DNA from: Candidatus Bathyarchaeia archaeon
GTDB taxonomy: Archaea > Thermoproteota > Bathyarchaeia > Bathyarchaeales > Bathycorpusculaceae
Direction: 5' to 3'
Assembly: GCA_038727135.1 (NCBI GenBank)
Contig: JAVYWL010000003.1
Location: 1-64,000, forward strand
Length of the DNA: 64,000 nt
The translations under genes were made by a program, and so were the position numbers. Position 1 is the first letter of the stretch. Every line of letters starts with the position of its first letter. The notes beneath the pieces were generated by a model. That model was not told the DNA's origin, searched no databases, and was given only the letters and a program-made list of their open reading frames with translations. Of the stretch, positions 28,084 to 37,452 are shown one piece after another.

Positions 28084-30651
28084 ATGGCTGAATCCTTGAA
28101 AGCCGCTGCCAGACAATATTGGCTTGAAGGCTGCAACATTGTTTTGCTAAGAGGCAAGGAGCCCCTTCATAAGTGGCAGAGGTGGCAAACTGAAAGGCAA
28201 AATGAATTGGCTTTTGAGGCTTTGCCATGGAATGAGGCTGACAGTTTCGCAGTAATCTGCGGGCAGCAACTCCACAATGAACTATATATTGGCGCCATAG
28301 ACTACGACGTTAAAAACTTGCCACCAGACGTTGTTGAAAAGGGTAGGGAAGTTTTGAAGCATCTTCCGATAACGCTGATTGAGCAAACTCCAAGCGGAGG
28401 ACAGCACTGGATATATCTAAGCCACACAAAGTCCAAAAGTGTAAACGCATACCATAACATCTGCGGTTTAGAGCTTCTTGGCGAAGGCAAACTCTGCATA
28501 ATGGCTCCTTCCACTGGCTATAGAAGGCTTAACGATAACTCGCCAACCATAGTCCAGGATTTGGAAGCTATTTTCTATGAAGCCCTCGAGAAGGCGGGAA
28601 TTGGAACCGAAAAGCCGGCGAGAGTCTGGTTTGACAACGAGGATTTAGCTAAACAGCCTTATAGGGGTAAGGATCCTCCATGCATTCAAGCGCTGTTAAG
28701 AGGTATTAGCGAGGGATTGCGCAACGAGTATGGGATTAGGCTTGCATCCTACTTTATAAACTTCAAGCAGTATAGCCCAAAAACTGTTAGGGAAGATATT
28801 TTAAAAAGCTGGAATAAGCTGAACAATCCGGAGCTTCCGTCTAGAGAGCTTGACGCTATCGTTAAGTCCGCTGTTCAAGGCAAGTATGTTTATGGTTGCA
28901 CGGATCCAATCTTGAAGAGCCAATGCAACAGTGAAAAATGTCCTTTAGCGCCCAAGAATGCTGTTAAACTGTTAACTCCCGAAGAGCGTGAAAGGGCTGA
29001 AAAACTTTTAGTTGACCCTAAACTGCTTGACTACGTTGTTAAGTTTGGAAGGCGAAGGCTTATCGGGGAAGACAACGTGCTTTTAACGAACTTTATAATA
29101 CTTTGTAGCGGGCAGACCAAATATCCCGTAAGCGGAATCCTCTCAGGTTTTAGTGGTAGCGGTAAAAATGAGAGTATTAGAGCTGTTAAGCCGCTGATTC
29201 CACCAGAGTGGCTTTTCGAGTTTACCACAAGCACCCCCGAAGCCGTAAAATACATTCCAGAAGAGTTCGCTGGAACACTGATCATTTATGAGATTGCAGG
29301 CTTAGAGTCTAAGACTGGAACTCTTGGATTGAGAAGCGTCGGTGAAGGCGAATCTATTGAAACCATCTATCCTATACGGGATGAAGAAACTGGCAAGATG
29401 ATCTTGGGAAGGGCCAAAACAAACGCCAGAAACTTTCTGACAACAGAGTCGGATATAGGCGTCCACCCAGACCTTTATCGCAGGGTTTTAAAGTTAAGCT
29501 TGAATCACTCTGACGTCCTTACTAGGCGGGTGATAGCCAAAAAGCTTAGGGATGCTATGCTTCCTGAAAGCCTACGCAAAAAACTAAACATAGATAACGA
29601 TTTGCCCTTCTCCGAGAAGGATTTTCAGAACGCCTTAAGGCTTCTAGACTGGAAGGTTGAGGTTATCCTATTCCCTCCAGCAAGCCTACTAGAGCTTGAA
29701 AGACTCGCACAAAAGAAGGAGCAGAAAGTAGCCCTGAGAAGCCAAATAGAGAGAATACTGAACTTCATACGCGTATTAGCCATCTTACACCAGAGGCAGC
29801 GGCTGTTAATCGAAGACTTAGATGGAGGCTCTAAATATGTTGTTGCAGATGTTGAAGACTTCGAAAGGGCCATTAAAATTTTGGCGCCAACAATCCTTGA
29901 AACCGTCAGCCGAGTTGAACGAAGACAGGCTGAGGCACTAGAAATCATCGAGAACAGCTCTGAAGAGTATTGGGATAAAAACAAACTGGCAGAGAAATTA
30001 GGAGTTTCCACGATTACGGCTGCCCGAATATTAAAAACCCTAGCCAACCTAGGGTATCTTAAGGAAATTCAAACTACTCGACCATACTCATATCAGCCTA
30101 TCCAAGATAGGGAGAAGCCTAAAAATCTGATCCTTCTTGAAAAGATAAGCGAATATAAAGCCTTTTACCAAAAGGAGCTCGAGTACTTCCTAAAACATGT
30201 CTTATCATCCTGTCACAAACTGGTAGTGAGCGGTGTATTCACAGAAAAACCTGAAACAAGCTCCCTTCAAGAAAGTAAACAAAAAACAACCATTTACAAA
30301 TTAGAGGAGCAAAACGCAACACAATTCAGTATAATAAAACAAGAAACGATGCCTAAAACCGAAACAGAGCTTAGTTTAGCCAATTTTGGAAACGAACCTT
30401 TCTACACTCCTCGGAGAAAAGTTGATAAGGTGCCATCAGAGCAGTTTGCTGACTTCTTATCCAAAAACTGCCATAAACAGCTTGTAAAAACGGAAAGGAC
30501 AAGAGAAAACAGGCCGGATGAGAATTGGGTAATGGATCGAAAAGGTAGCGTAGTCCACCTTAAAACTGGCGAAATTTGGTTTGAGTGCCCCTATTGTTTA
30601 GAGGAGGCCGCATATTCTTTGCTTCAGAACACGACCTCCAATTACACTTAG
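28084..30651 (+). CDS. primase-polymerase / PriCT-PriL-like / P-loop helicase / wHTH replication protein
   Basis: IDYD and TPSGGQH prim-pol motifs; PPC...YGC...C...CP cysteines; Walker A GFSGSGKN; C-terminal wHTH; probably extends to 30701 via a frameshift. Confidence 0.85.
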   Translation: MAESLKAAARQYWLEGCNIVLLRGKEPLHKWQRWQTERQNELAFEALPWNEADSFAVICGQQLHNELYIGAIDYDVKNLPPDVVEKGREVLKHLPITLIEQTPSGGQHWIYLSHTKSKSVNAYHNICGLELLGEGKLCIMAPSTGYRRLNDNSPTIVQDLEAIFYEALEKAGIGTEKPARVWFDNEDLAKQPYRGKDPPCIQALLRGISEGLRNEYGIRLASYFINFKQYSPKTVREDILKSWNKLNNPELPSRELDAIVKSAVQGKYVYGCTDPILKSQCNSEKCPLAPKNAVKLLTPEERERAEKLLVDPKLLDYVVKFGRRRLIGEDNVLLTNFIILCSGQTKYPVSGILSGFSGSGKNESIRAVKPLIPPEWLFEFTTSTPEAVKYIPEEFAGTLIIYEIAGLESKTGTLGLRSVGEGESIETIYPIRDEETGKMILGRAKTNARNFLTTESDIGVHPDLYRRVLKLSLNHSDVLTRRVIAKKLRDAMLPESLRKKLNIDNDLPFSEKDFQNALRLLDWKVEVILFPPASLLELERLAQKKEQKVALRSQIERILNFIRVLAILHQRQRLLIEDLDGGSKYVVADVEDFERAIKILAPTILETVSRVERRQAEALEIIENSSEEYWDKNKLAEKLGVSTITAARILKTLANLGYLKEIQTTRPYSYQPIQDREKPKNLILLEKISEYKAFYQKELEYFLKHVLSSCHKLVVSGVFTEKPETSSLQESKQKTTIYKLEEQNATQFSIIKQETMPKTETELSLANFGNEPFYTPRRKVDKVPSEQFADFLSKNCHKQLVKTERTRENRPDENWVMDRKGSVVHLKTGEIWFECPYCLEEAAYSLLQNTTSNYT

Positions 30652-30701
30652 AAAGGCTGCACAACGTTCATCAAAAACCTGATGAAGAGGCCCTGGATTA
30701 A

Positions 30702-31889
30702 ATGCACTGTCCCCAATGTGGCTCTCAAAAGCTTTTCAGGGACGGACTCCGTTATTTAGCAGACGGAACAAGCGTCCAGCGTTGGCTTTGCAGGGATTGT
30801 GGATACCGCTTCTCAGACCCAAACCGTAAAAAGCGGAGACAATGGAAGAATCCTCCATTCAGCTTAAATCCGCCAAACAGCTTAGACTATAATTGCCAAG
30901 GGAACAATGAGCCTTCATGGGGAGATTCCACCGCCCTTGGCCGGGCGGTGCAAACCTTGGCCACAGTGGAAAAGCAAAACGAAAAGCAGGACGCGGGAGC
31001 CACAGTTGAATATAACGCAACAAGCGAAATCATTAACTTCATGCTTTGGCTGAAAAGGCGAGGATACTCGGAGTTGACAGTGAAGTCGCGAGGAAAACAT
31101 CTAAGACGGCTTGTCAAACTTGGGGCAGACCTGCGTAATCCAGAAACTGTTAAAGAGGTTTTAGCTAAGCAAAGGTGGAGTCCTGGATACAAAGAACTGT
31201 TTGCTGAAACTTTCAGCAGTTATTTAAGCATGAAAGGCGGAAAGTGGGAGCCACCAAGATACAAACGCGTCCAAAAATTGCCTTTTATACCGTTGGAAAA
31301 AGAGTTAGACCAGCTTATTGCCTGTTTTCCGCCTAAGATGGCTTGCCTGCTTCAACTGTTGAAGGAGACGGGTTGCAGAATAGGCGAAGCCGTAAGGCTT
31401 TCATGGAAAGACGTTGACTTTGAAAGTGGAACTGTACGGATAACGCCTGAAAAAGGAAGCAATCCCAGGGTTTTCCACATAAGTAGTAACCTTCGAGCCA
31501 TGCTCAGGAGAATTCGGCCGCAAACAGCAGGTGAAAGAATATTTCCATCTCAATCGGCTGTTGAGGCCTACTTTTATCGCAGGCGGAAGCAGGTTGCAAA
31601 CAAGCTCTGCAACCCTAGACTATTACAGATTAGCTTTCACACCTTCCGCCACTGGAAAGCAACCATGGAATACGCCAGAACAAAGGATATTCTTCATGTA
31701 ATGCGCTTGCTCGGCCACAAAAACATTCACAACACGCTTATCTACACTCAGCTCGTCAATTTCAAAGAAGAGGAATACGTATGCAGGGCTGTAAAAGACT
31801 CTATTGAAGCGATATCGCTTATTGAGGCGGGTTTCGAATACGTGTGCACGGCTCCAGATGGCGTTATGCTATTTAGAAAACGAAAATGA
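30702..31889 (+). CDS. tyrosine recombinase/integrase with N-terminal zinc ribbon
   Basis: TGCRIGE, PEKGS, HTFRH, LGHK, TLIY catalytic set; CPQC...CRDC. Confidence 0.95.
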   Translation: MHCPQCGSQKLFRDGLRYLADGTSVQRWLCRDCGYRFSDPNRKKRRQWKNPPFSLNPPNSLDYNCQGNNEPSWGDSTALGRAVQTLATVEKQNEKQDAGATVEYNATSEIINFMLWLKRRGYSELTVKSRGKHLRRLVKLGADLRNPETVKEVLAKQRWSPGYKELFAETFSSYLSMKGGKWEPPRYKRVQKLPFIPLEKELDQLIACFPPKMACLLQLLKETGCRIGEAVRLSWKDVDFESGTVRITPEKGSNPRVFHISSNLRAMLRRIRPQTAGERIFPSQSAVEAYFYRRRKQVANKLCNPRLLQISFHTFRHWKATMEYARTKDILHVMRLLGHKNIHNTLIYTQLVNFKEEEYVCRAVKDSIEAISLIEAGFEYVCTAPDGVMLFRKRK

Positions 31890-31942
31890 TGTGACAGAGG
31901 TGTTTGGAAACATGTCAATGCATACAGGGGATTCCTATATAG

Positions 31943-32027
31943 TGCAGGGGGTGGGATTTGAACCCACGAACCCCTACGGGACAGGCTCCTGAAGCCTGCG
32001 CCTTTGACCAGGCTCGGCAACCCCTGC
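31943..32027 (-). tRNA. tRNA-Leu(CAG)
   Basis: Cloverleaf GCAGGGG/CCCCTGC; anticodon stem CAGGC/GCCTG with loop TTCAGGA; long variable arm; GTTCAAATC. Confidence 0.95.
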
Positions 32028-32101
32028 TCGCTACTAGAGGCTTTTTCATGAAAAGGTTTAAGAGTTGCGTTTTAATTAATGGTTTTCGGGAGGTTATCGG
32101 A

Positions 32102-32263
32102 ATGCCGACTCACGGTTCGCTTTCAAAGGCTGGTAAGGTGCGTTCTCAGACGCCTAAGATTCAGCCTTTGGATAAGAAGAGGCCTGTGCCTAGGTTTAGG
32201 AATAGGCGGAATTATGAGAAGCGGGTTGTGCTTCAGCGGAAGCCTGGGCAGAACTGGGTTTAG
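32102..32263 (+). CDS. rps30e: 30S ribosomal protein S30e
   Basis: [20 protein letters not shown]. Confidence 0.95.
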   Translation: MPTHGSLSKAGKVRSQTPKIQPLDKKRPVPRFRNRRNYEKRVVLQRKPGQNWV

Positions 32264-32303
32264 TGGTTAAACCTTTTATTTGGTTTTGGCTTTAGTTTAG
32301 GCT

Positions 32304-33872
32304 ATGTGTTGTGTGGATATTGCCATTTTGAATGCTAATGTTGTTACTTTGGATGCTGGGAAGCCTAGGGCTGAGGCCTTAGCCATTCGGGATGGAAGAA
32401 TTGTGGCTGTTGGTTCCGGTGAGGAAGTTCGTAAGTACGCTGGCAGTGGGACAAAAGTTATAGACCTTGAGGGCAAGACTGTTGTTCCTGGTTTTGTTGA
32501 CTGTCATGTGCATATGACTGGTTTTGGACAGCATTTGCAGACTTTGGACTTGCGGAATGTTAGTTCCATAGAGGAGATGAAGCTGAGAATCCGTGAATAT
32601 GCGGATAAATATCCGGAAAAGAGATGGATTCTTGGCGGGAGATGGGACCATGAGCGTTTCAGCGAGAAGCGTTTTCCCACGCGTTGGGATTTGGATGAGG
32701 CTGTTAGGGACAAGCCCGTCTTTCTTATAAGGGTTTGTGGACACATTGGCGTTGTGAACACTAAGGCTTTGGAGTTGGCTGGCATAAGAAAGGAGACGGT
32801 TGTTAATGGTGGTGCGGTGGACTTGGACGCTGTTAGTGGCGAGCCAAATGGAGTTTTGAGGGAGAATGCCCTAAACCTTGTTTGGAGGGTTGTTCCAAAG
32901 CCGAGCATGGCGGAGCTTGAAGAGGCTTGTATACAGGCTTGTCGAAGGGCCGTTGAGAATGGCTTGACTGGAGTTCACTGGATTGTTGATTCAGCTGATG
33001 AGATACGTGTTATTCAGAAGCTTTATAATGAGGGGAGGCTGCCGCTGCGGGTTTATTTGGGGATTCCAGTAAAGCTTCTTGACGAGGTTTTGAGGCTTGG
33101 TTTGGTTACAGGCTTTGGGAATGATATGATTCGTCTCGGTTTTGTTAAGCTGTTTGCTGATGGTTCTCTTGGGGCGCGGACAGCCGCACTGAAGGAGCCT
33201 TATGCTGACAAACCGGAAACAAGTGGCATGCTTATTTATTCTCAGCGTAGGCTTAACAGGCTTGTTTTGAAGGCGCATAGGGCTGGTTGGCAATTGGCCG
33301 TCCACGCCATAGGCGACAAAGCTATAGAATCCGTTTTGGAGGCGTTTTCTAAGGCTTTGAGGAGGTTTCCTCGGAAGGACCATAGGCATAGGATTGAGCA
33401 TTGCTCGGTGGTTAATCCGAGGCTTATTAGGCGGATGAAGAGGCTTGGTTTAATTGCTTCTGTTCAGCCTCATTTTGTTGTTTCTGATTTTTGGGTTGTG
33501 GATCGTGTTGGCGTTGAAAGAGCCCGTTGGGTTTACCCATTCAAGACGCTTTTGAGGACGGGTGTTGTTGTGGCTTCTGGCTCTGACTGTCCAGTTGAGC
33601 CTATAAGTCCGCTTCTTGGGGTTTGGGCTGCCGTCGCCAGAAAAAGCTTTTGCGAGGAGAGCCTAACTGTGGAGGAAGCCCTTAAAACTTACACTTTGAA
33701 TGCTGCTTATGCCTCTTTTGAAGAGGCGGAAAAGGGGACCATTAGTGTTGGGAAGTTTGCGGATTTAACTGTGCTTTCGGATGACCCGTTTAAGGTGGCG
33801 CCTGATGAAATTAGAAGCATAAGCGTTGAAATGACCATTGTTGGTGGCAAAATTGTCTATTCTCGTTGCTAG
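32304..33872 (+). CDS. amidohydrolase 3 family (YtcJ-like)
   Basis: PGFVDCHVH, KLFADGSLG, HAIGD, RIEH, GSDCP. Confidence 0.9.
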   Translation: MCCVDIAILNANVVTLDAGKPRAEALAIRDGRIVAVGSGEEVRKYAGSGTKVIDLEGKTVVPGFVDCHVHMTGFGQHLQTLDLRNVSSIEEMKLRIREYADKYPEKRWILGGRWDHERFSEKRFPTRWDLDEAVRDKPVFLIRVCGHIGVVNTKALELAGIRKETVVNGGAVDLDAVSGEPNGVLRENALNLVWRVVPKPSMAELEEACIQACRRAVENGLTGVHWIVDSADEIRVIQKLYNEGRLPLRVYLGIPVKLLDEVLRLGLVTGFGNDMIRLGFVKLFADGSLGARTAALKEPYADKPETSGMLIYSQRRLNRLVLKAHRAGWQLAVHAIGDKAIESVLEAFSKALRRFPRKDHRHRIEHCSVVNPRLIRRMKRLGLIASVQPHFVVSDFWVVDRVGVERARWVYPFKTLLRTGVVVASGSDCPVEPISPLLGVWAAVARKSFCEESLTVEEALKTYTLNAAYASFEEAEKGTISVGKFADLTVLSDDPFKVAPDEIRSISVEMTIVGGKIVYSRC

Positions 33873-33936
33873 CTGTTTATGGTTTTAGTTTAGTTTATTT
33901 GCCTCTTTTTCACCCATTTTAAATGGTTGCAGTTGA

Positions 33937-35538
33937 ATGAGCAGTGGAAACGAAAGCGCCTTTCGGGAAATAGTTGAAAGTCTTATGCGGATTCCTTCGC
34001 CTAGCCCTGATGATGTTAACCGTGTTAAGGTTAGGGTTGCAGCTAAATACCGTCTCGGCAAGATTCCTTCAAATCCTGAAATAATTGCCTTTCTGCGGGG
34101 GGATGAGGAGAGGCGTAAGCTTTTGCCTGTTCTAAGACGAAAGGCGACTCGGACGATTTCTGGTGTGACTGTTGTGGCTGTTATGACTCAGCCTTATCCA
34201 TGTCCCCAACCAGAGCCTTGTGCCTACTGTCCGGGCGGTCCGCCTTTTGGTGTTCCTCAGAGCTATACTGGTTTTGAGCCCGCCGCCATGAGGGGTTTGC
34301 AGAGCGCCTTTGATCCTTATTTGCAGGTTAGGAGTCGCATTGAACAGTTGGAGGCTATTGGGCATGCGGTGGATAAGGTTGAGCTTATAATTATGGGTGG
34401 GACTTTTCCAGCTACGCCAGAAGACTATCAGACATGGTTTGTTAAGCGTTGTTTAGACGCCATAAGTGGTGTAGATGCGCAGAGCCTTGAGGAGGCTAAG
34501 CGGTTGGCTGAAACGAGTCGCATTAGGAATGTTGGGATTACTGTGGAGACCCGTCCGGACTGGGCTAAGGAGAGGCATGTGGACAGAATGTTGGACATGG
34601 GTGTCACACGCGTCGAGCTGGGAGTCCAAAATCCGGATGATGAGATTTATCGGCTTGTTGGTAGGAGGCACACGGTTAGGGATGTGGTTGAGGCTACCCG
34701 CATATTGAAGGATTCTGGGTTAAAGATTGTTTATCACATGATGCCCGGCTTGCCCGGCTCCAGCATGGAGAAAGACTTGACTGTTTTTCGTGAAATTTTC
34801 TCTAATCCAGATTATAAGCCGGACATGATTAAGATTTATCCATGTCTTGTTTTGAAAGGGACAAAAGCTTATGACTGGTTTGTGCGGGGCGATTATAAGC
34901 CCTACACAACTGAGGAGGCAGCCAACCTAATAGTGGAAGTTAAGAAGATGATTCCGCCTTGGGTTCGCATAATGAGGGTTCAACGCGACATACCAGCACC
35001 ATTAATAGTGGCTGGCGTTAAAATGAGCAACCTCCGCCAGCTTGTCCAACAAAAACTGAAGGAGCAAGGCTTACAATGCCGGTGCATAAGGTGCCGCGAG
35101 GTTGGACACCGCCTTTTAGCAGACGGCATAAAACCAAACCCGGAAAAAGTAGAGATTCTTACAACGCGTTATGAGGCGTCTGAAGGCGAAGAAATCTTTA
35201 TTTCAGCAGAAGACAAGGAAAACGACGTCTTGATAGGCTATTTGCGTTTGAGGATTCCCTCAGAAAGGGCGCACAGACCAGAAATAAGGGCGGAGCCATG
35301 CAGCATAATCCGCGAACTCCACGTCTACGGACCAGTAGTGCCAATAGGCAAAAAATTGCCAAAAGCATGGCAACACAAAGGCTATGGAAGCGTTTTGCTG
35401 GCTGAGGCGGAACGCATAACCCGCCAAGAATACGGTTTCAAGAAAATTCTGGTCATAAGCGCCTTAGGAACAAAACAATACTACAAAAGGTTCGGATACA
35501 AATACGAAGGACCATACATGTCAAAAATGCTGTATTAA
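33937..35538 (+). CDS. elp3: Elp3 radical SAM / acetyltransferase tRNA U34 modification enzyme
   Basis: CPQPEPCAYCPGG, QSYTG, ETRPD, RELHVYG, QHKGYG. Confidence 0.95.
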   Translation: MSSGNESAFREIVESLMRIPSPSPDDVNRVKVRVAAKYRLGKIPSNPEIIAFLRGDEERRKLLPVLRRKATRTISGVTVVAVMTQPYPCPQPEPCAYCPGGPPFGVPQSYTGFEPAAMRGLQSAFDPYLQVRSRIEQLEAIGHAVDKVELIIMGGTFPATPEDYQTWFVKRCLDAISGVDAQSLEEAKRLAETSRIRNVGITVETRPDWAKERHVDRMLDMGVTRVELGVQNPDDEIYRLVGRRHTVRDVVEATRILKDSGLKIVYHMMPGLPGSSMEKDLTVFREIFSNPDYKPDMIKIYPCLVLKGTKAYDWFVRGDYKPYTTEEAANLIVEVKKMIPPWVRIMRVQRDIPAPLIVAGVKMSNLRQLVQQKLKEQGLQCRCIRCREVGHRLLADGIKPNPEKVEILTTRYEASEGEEIFISAEDKENDVLIGYLRLRIPSERAHRPEIRAEPCSIIRELHVYGPVVPIGKKLPKAWQHKGYGSVLLAEAERITRQEYGFKKILVISALGTKQYYKRFGYKYEGPYMSKMLY

Positions 35539-35595
35539 TTATTTTCCTAGCTCCGACGTTTAGATCGCACTTTCCTGCAAGTGTTTGAACATCCT

Positions 35596-35988
35596 TTACA
35601 AATTTATTCCACGATAATCTCGTGGTCGTCCACGCCTCAGTTCTTTTATGCTTAACCATATTTTCCAAGCCAGAAGAAAATAACCTAATCCAGCACGGCC
35701 AAAAATGTTTTCAATGATTTGTTTTAACACTTGAAAGATTTTATCGAGTGGAATTAATGGCGCAGGTGTTGAAATTCCGTAAGCTACTCCGGAATAAAAG
35801 TCTAGATTCACCGTGCAAGTGACAAACATTTCCATACTCCCGTCTTTATAATAGATTTTCTTCACGTTTCCTACAATCTCAATTTTTTCGATTTCCTTTG
35901 AATCATTATTAGCTAAAACAGGGGATATTTGACACAAGAGAAGCGTACAGACTATGACTATTATCAGGGTTGTTTTCTTCATTTTCAC
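35596..35988 (-). CDS. small secreted/membrane hypothetical protein
   Basis: Signal peptide-like N-terminus, amphipathic/hydrophobic C-terminus, AT-rich. Confidence 0.55.
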   Translation of the reverse strand: MKMKKTTLIIVIVCTLLLCQISPVLANNDSKEIEKIEIVGNVKKIYYKDGSMEMFVTCTVNLDFYSGVAYGISTPAPLIPLDKIFQVLKQIIENIFGRAGLGYFLLAWKIWLSIKELRRGRPRDYRGINL

Positions 35989-36102
35989 CGATCTTTAAAC
36001 CGTGTATTGCAAGCATTTAAGTTCATGGACGGTTACAAAATTTTCATTTCCGTATAAAAAAGCATATTAGCTTTCTTAAGCTTCAGATGTTGGAGAAGAG
36101 AA

Positions 36103-37452
36103 ATGAATGAAGCAGAAAAATTTTCTGGTTATAGAGGTGAGGTGTTAGAAGCTATTAGACGGGCTGGTGCTGAGGTTGGCGATTTTGTTCGCATTGTTAA
36201 GGCTGGTCAAGTGTATGAGGGTATTCTTATTCCGCGTTCTGAGTATGGCGATGACCGGCATATTGTGATTAAGTTGCGGAGTGGCTACAACATTGGTGTT
36301 CGCCTAACCCCAGACGCCAAAGTTGAGAAGGTTGGAAGGGGCGAGAAGCCGGCTTTTGTTGCTCCGCCCTTGCCAGAGCAGAATCCAGCCTTGCCAAAAG
36401 TCTCTATTATTAGTACTGGCGGCACCATTGCCAGTCGTGTGGATTATCGTACTGGTGCTGTCCGTCCCGCTTTGTCTGCCAGCGACCTATACAGTGTCGT
36501 GCCAGAATTAGCCGACATAGCCCGCATAGACGCGCAGATACTCTTTAGTCTTTACAGCGAAAACATTACGCCAGCCCACTGGGCGGAGATGGCTAAAACA
36601 GTTGCGGAAAAAATCGCTGAAGGCGTGAACGGCGTTGTCATAGCCCATGGAACAGACACTATGGGCTATTCGGCTGCAGCCCTAAGCTTCGCATTGCAAA
36701 ACCTTCCAGTCCCAGTGATTTTTGTTGGTTCTCAGCGTTCAGCAGACCGCCCCAGCTCAGACGCAGCCACAAACCTGACTGGTGCGGTTTTAGCCGCTGC
36801 CAAGGCGCCCTTCGCAGAAGTAGCCGTAGCCATGCACGAGACAATTTCTGACACAGTCATAGTGCTTCACCGCGGCACTAAGGTGCGCAAGTGTCACACA
36901 AGTCGCCGTGACGCCTTCAAATCAGTAAATGCTCAGCCGTTAGCAAAGGTTGAGGAAAACCGTGTTGTTATGCTCACGGAAGATTATCGGAGGCGGGACC
37001 CATCGCGGAAGCCCGTTGTAAAGCCGAACTTCAGCGACAAAGTAGCCCTAATCAAGTTTTATCCCGGCATGGACCCAGCCATAATAGACTGGCATGTAGA
37101 TAAGGGCTACAAGGCAATAGTCCTTGAAGGCACTGGCTTGGGGCACGTTTCAAACCGCCTCTTCCAACCAATAAAGCGGGCTGTTAATAAGGGCGTACTG
37201 GTGGCTATGGCTTCCCAGTGCATCTGGGGACGAGTAAACATGAACGTCTATGATACTGGCAGAGACTTGCTGGCTCTTGGCGTAATACCGCTGGAGGACA
37301 TGCTGGCGGAAACAGCCACCGTCAAACTCATGTGGATATTCGGACAGACCGACGACCCAGAAGAGGCAAAAAAGCTCCTAAAAACAAACATCGCCGGAGA
37401 ATTCTCCCAACGAACACTCCACGAAGAAATGCGGGAGGAAACCAGACAGTGA
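36103..37452 (+). CDS. gatD: Glu-tRNA(Gln) amidotransferase subunit D
   Basis: SGYNIG N-domain, TGGTIAS, HGTDT, SQRSADRPSSD. Confidence 0.97.
   Translation: MNEAEKFSGYRGEVLEAIRRAGAEVGDFVRIVKAGQVYEGILIPRSEYGDDRHIVIKLRSGYNIGVRLTPDAKVEKVGRGEKPAFVAPPLPEQNPALPKVSIISTGGTIASRVDYRTGAVRPALSASDLYSVVPELADIARIDAQILFSLYSENITPAHWAEMAKTVAEKIAEGVNGVVIAHGTDTMGYSAAALSFALQNLPVPVIFVGSQRSADRPSSDAATNLTGAVLAAAKAPFAEVAVAMHETISDTVIVLHRGTKVRKCHTSRRDAFKSVNAQPLAKVEENRVVMLTEDYRRRDPSRKPVVKPNFSDKVALIKFYPGMDPAIIDWHVDKGYKAIVLEGTGLGHVSNRLFQPIKRAVNKGVLVAMASQCIWGRVNMNVYDTGRDLLALGVIPLEDMLAETATVKLMWIFGQTDDPEEAKKLLKTNIAGEFSQRTLHEEMREETRQ

Larger units (their letters stand above)
26484..31942. mobile_element. integrated plasmid/virus-like element core at tRNA-Leu
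   Basis: Repressor, AbrB, primase-helicase and tyrosine integrase abutting the tRNA 3' end; left end uncertain, may extend to about 4434. Confidence 0.8.

Noticed and set aside
26484-31889. Complete provirus
   Set aside because: No capsid, packaging ATPase, terminase or other virion genes are recognisable.
31943-32027. tRNA-Sec or opal suppressor because TTCA appears in the anticodon loop
   Set aside because: The CAGGC/GCCTG stem centres the loop TTCAGGA on CAG; the 7-bp acceptor stem and A73 fit Leu.
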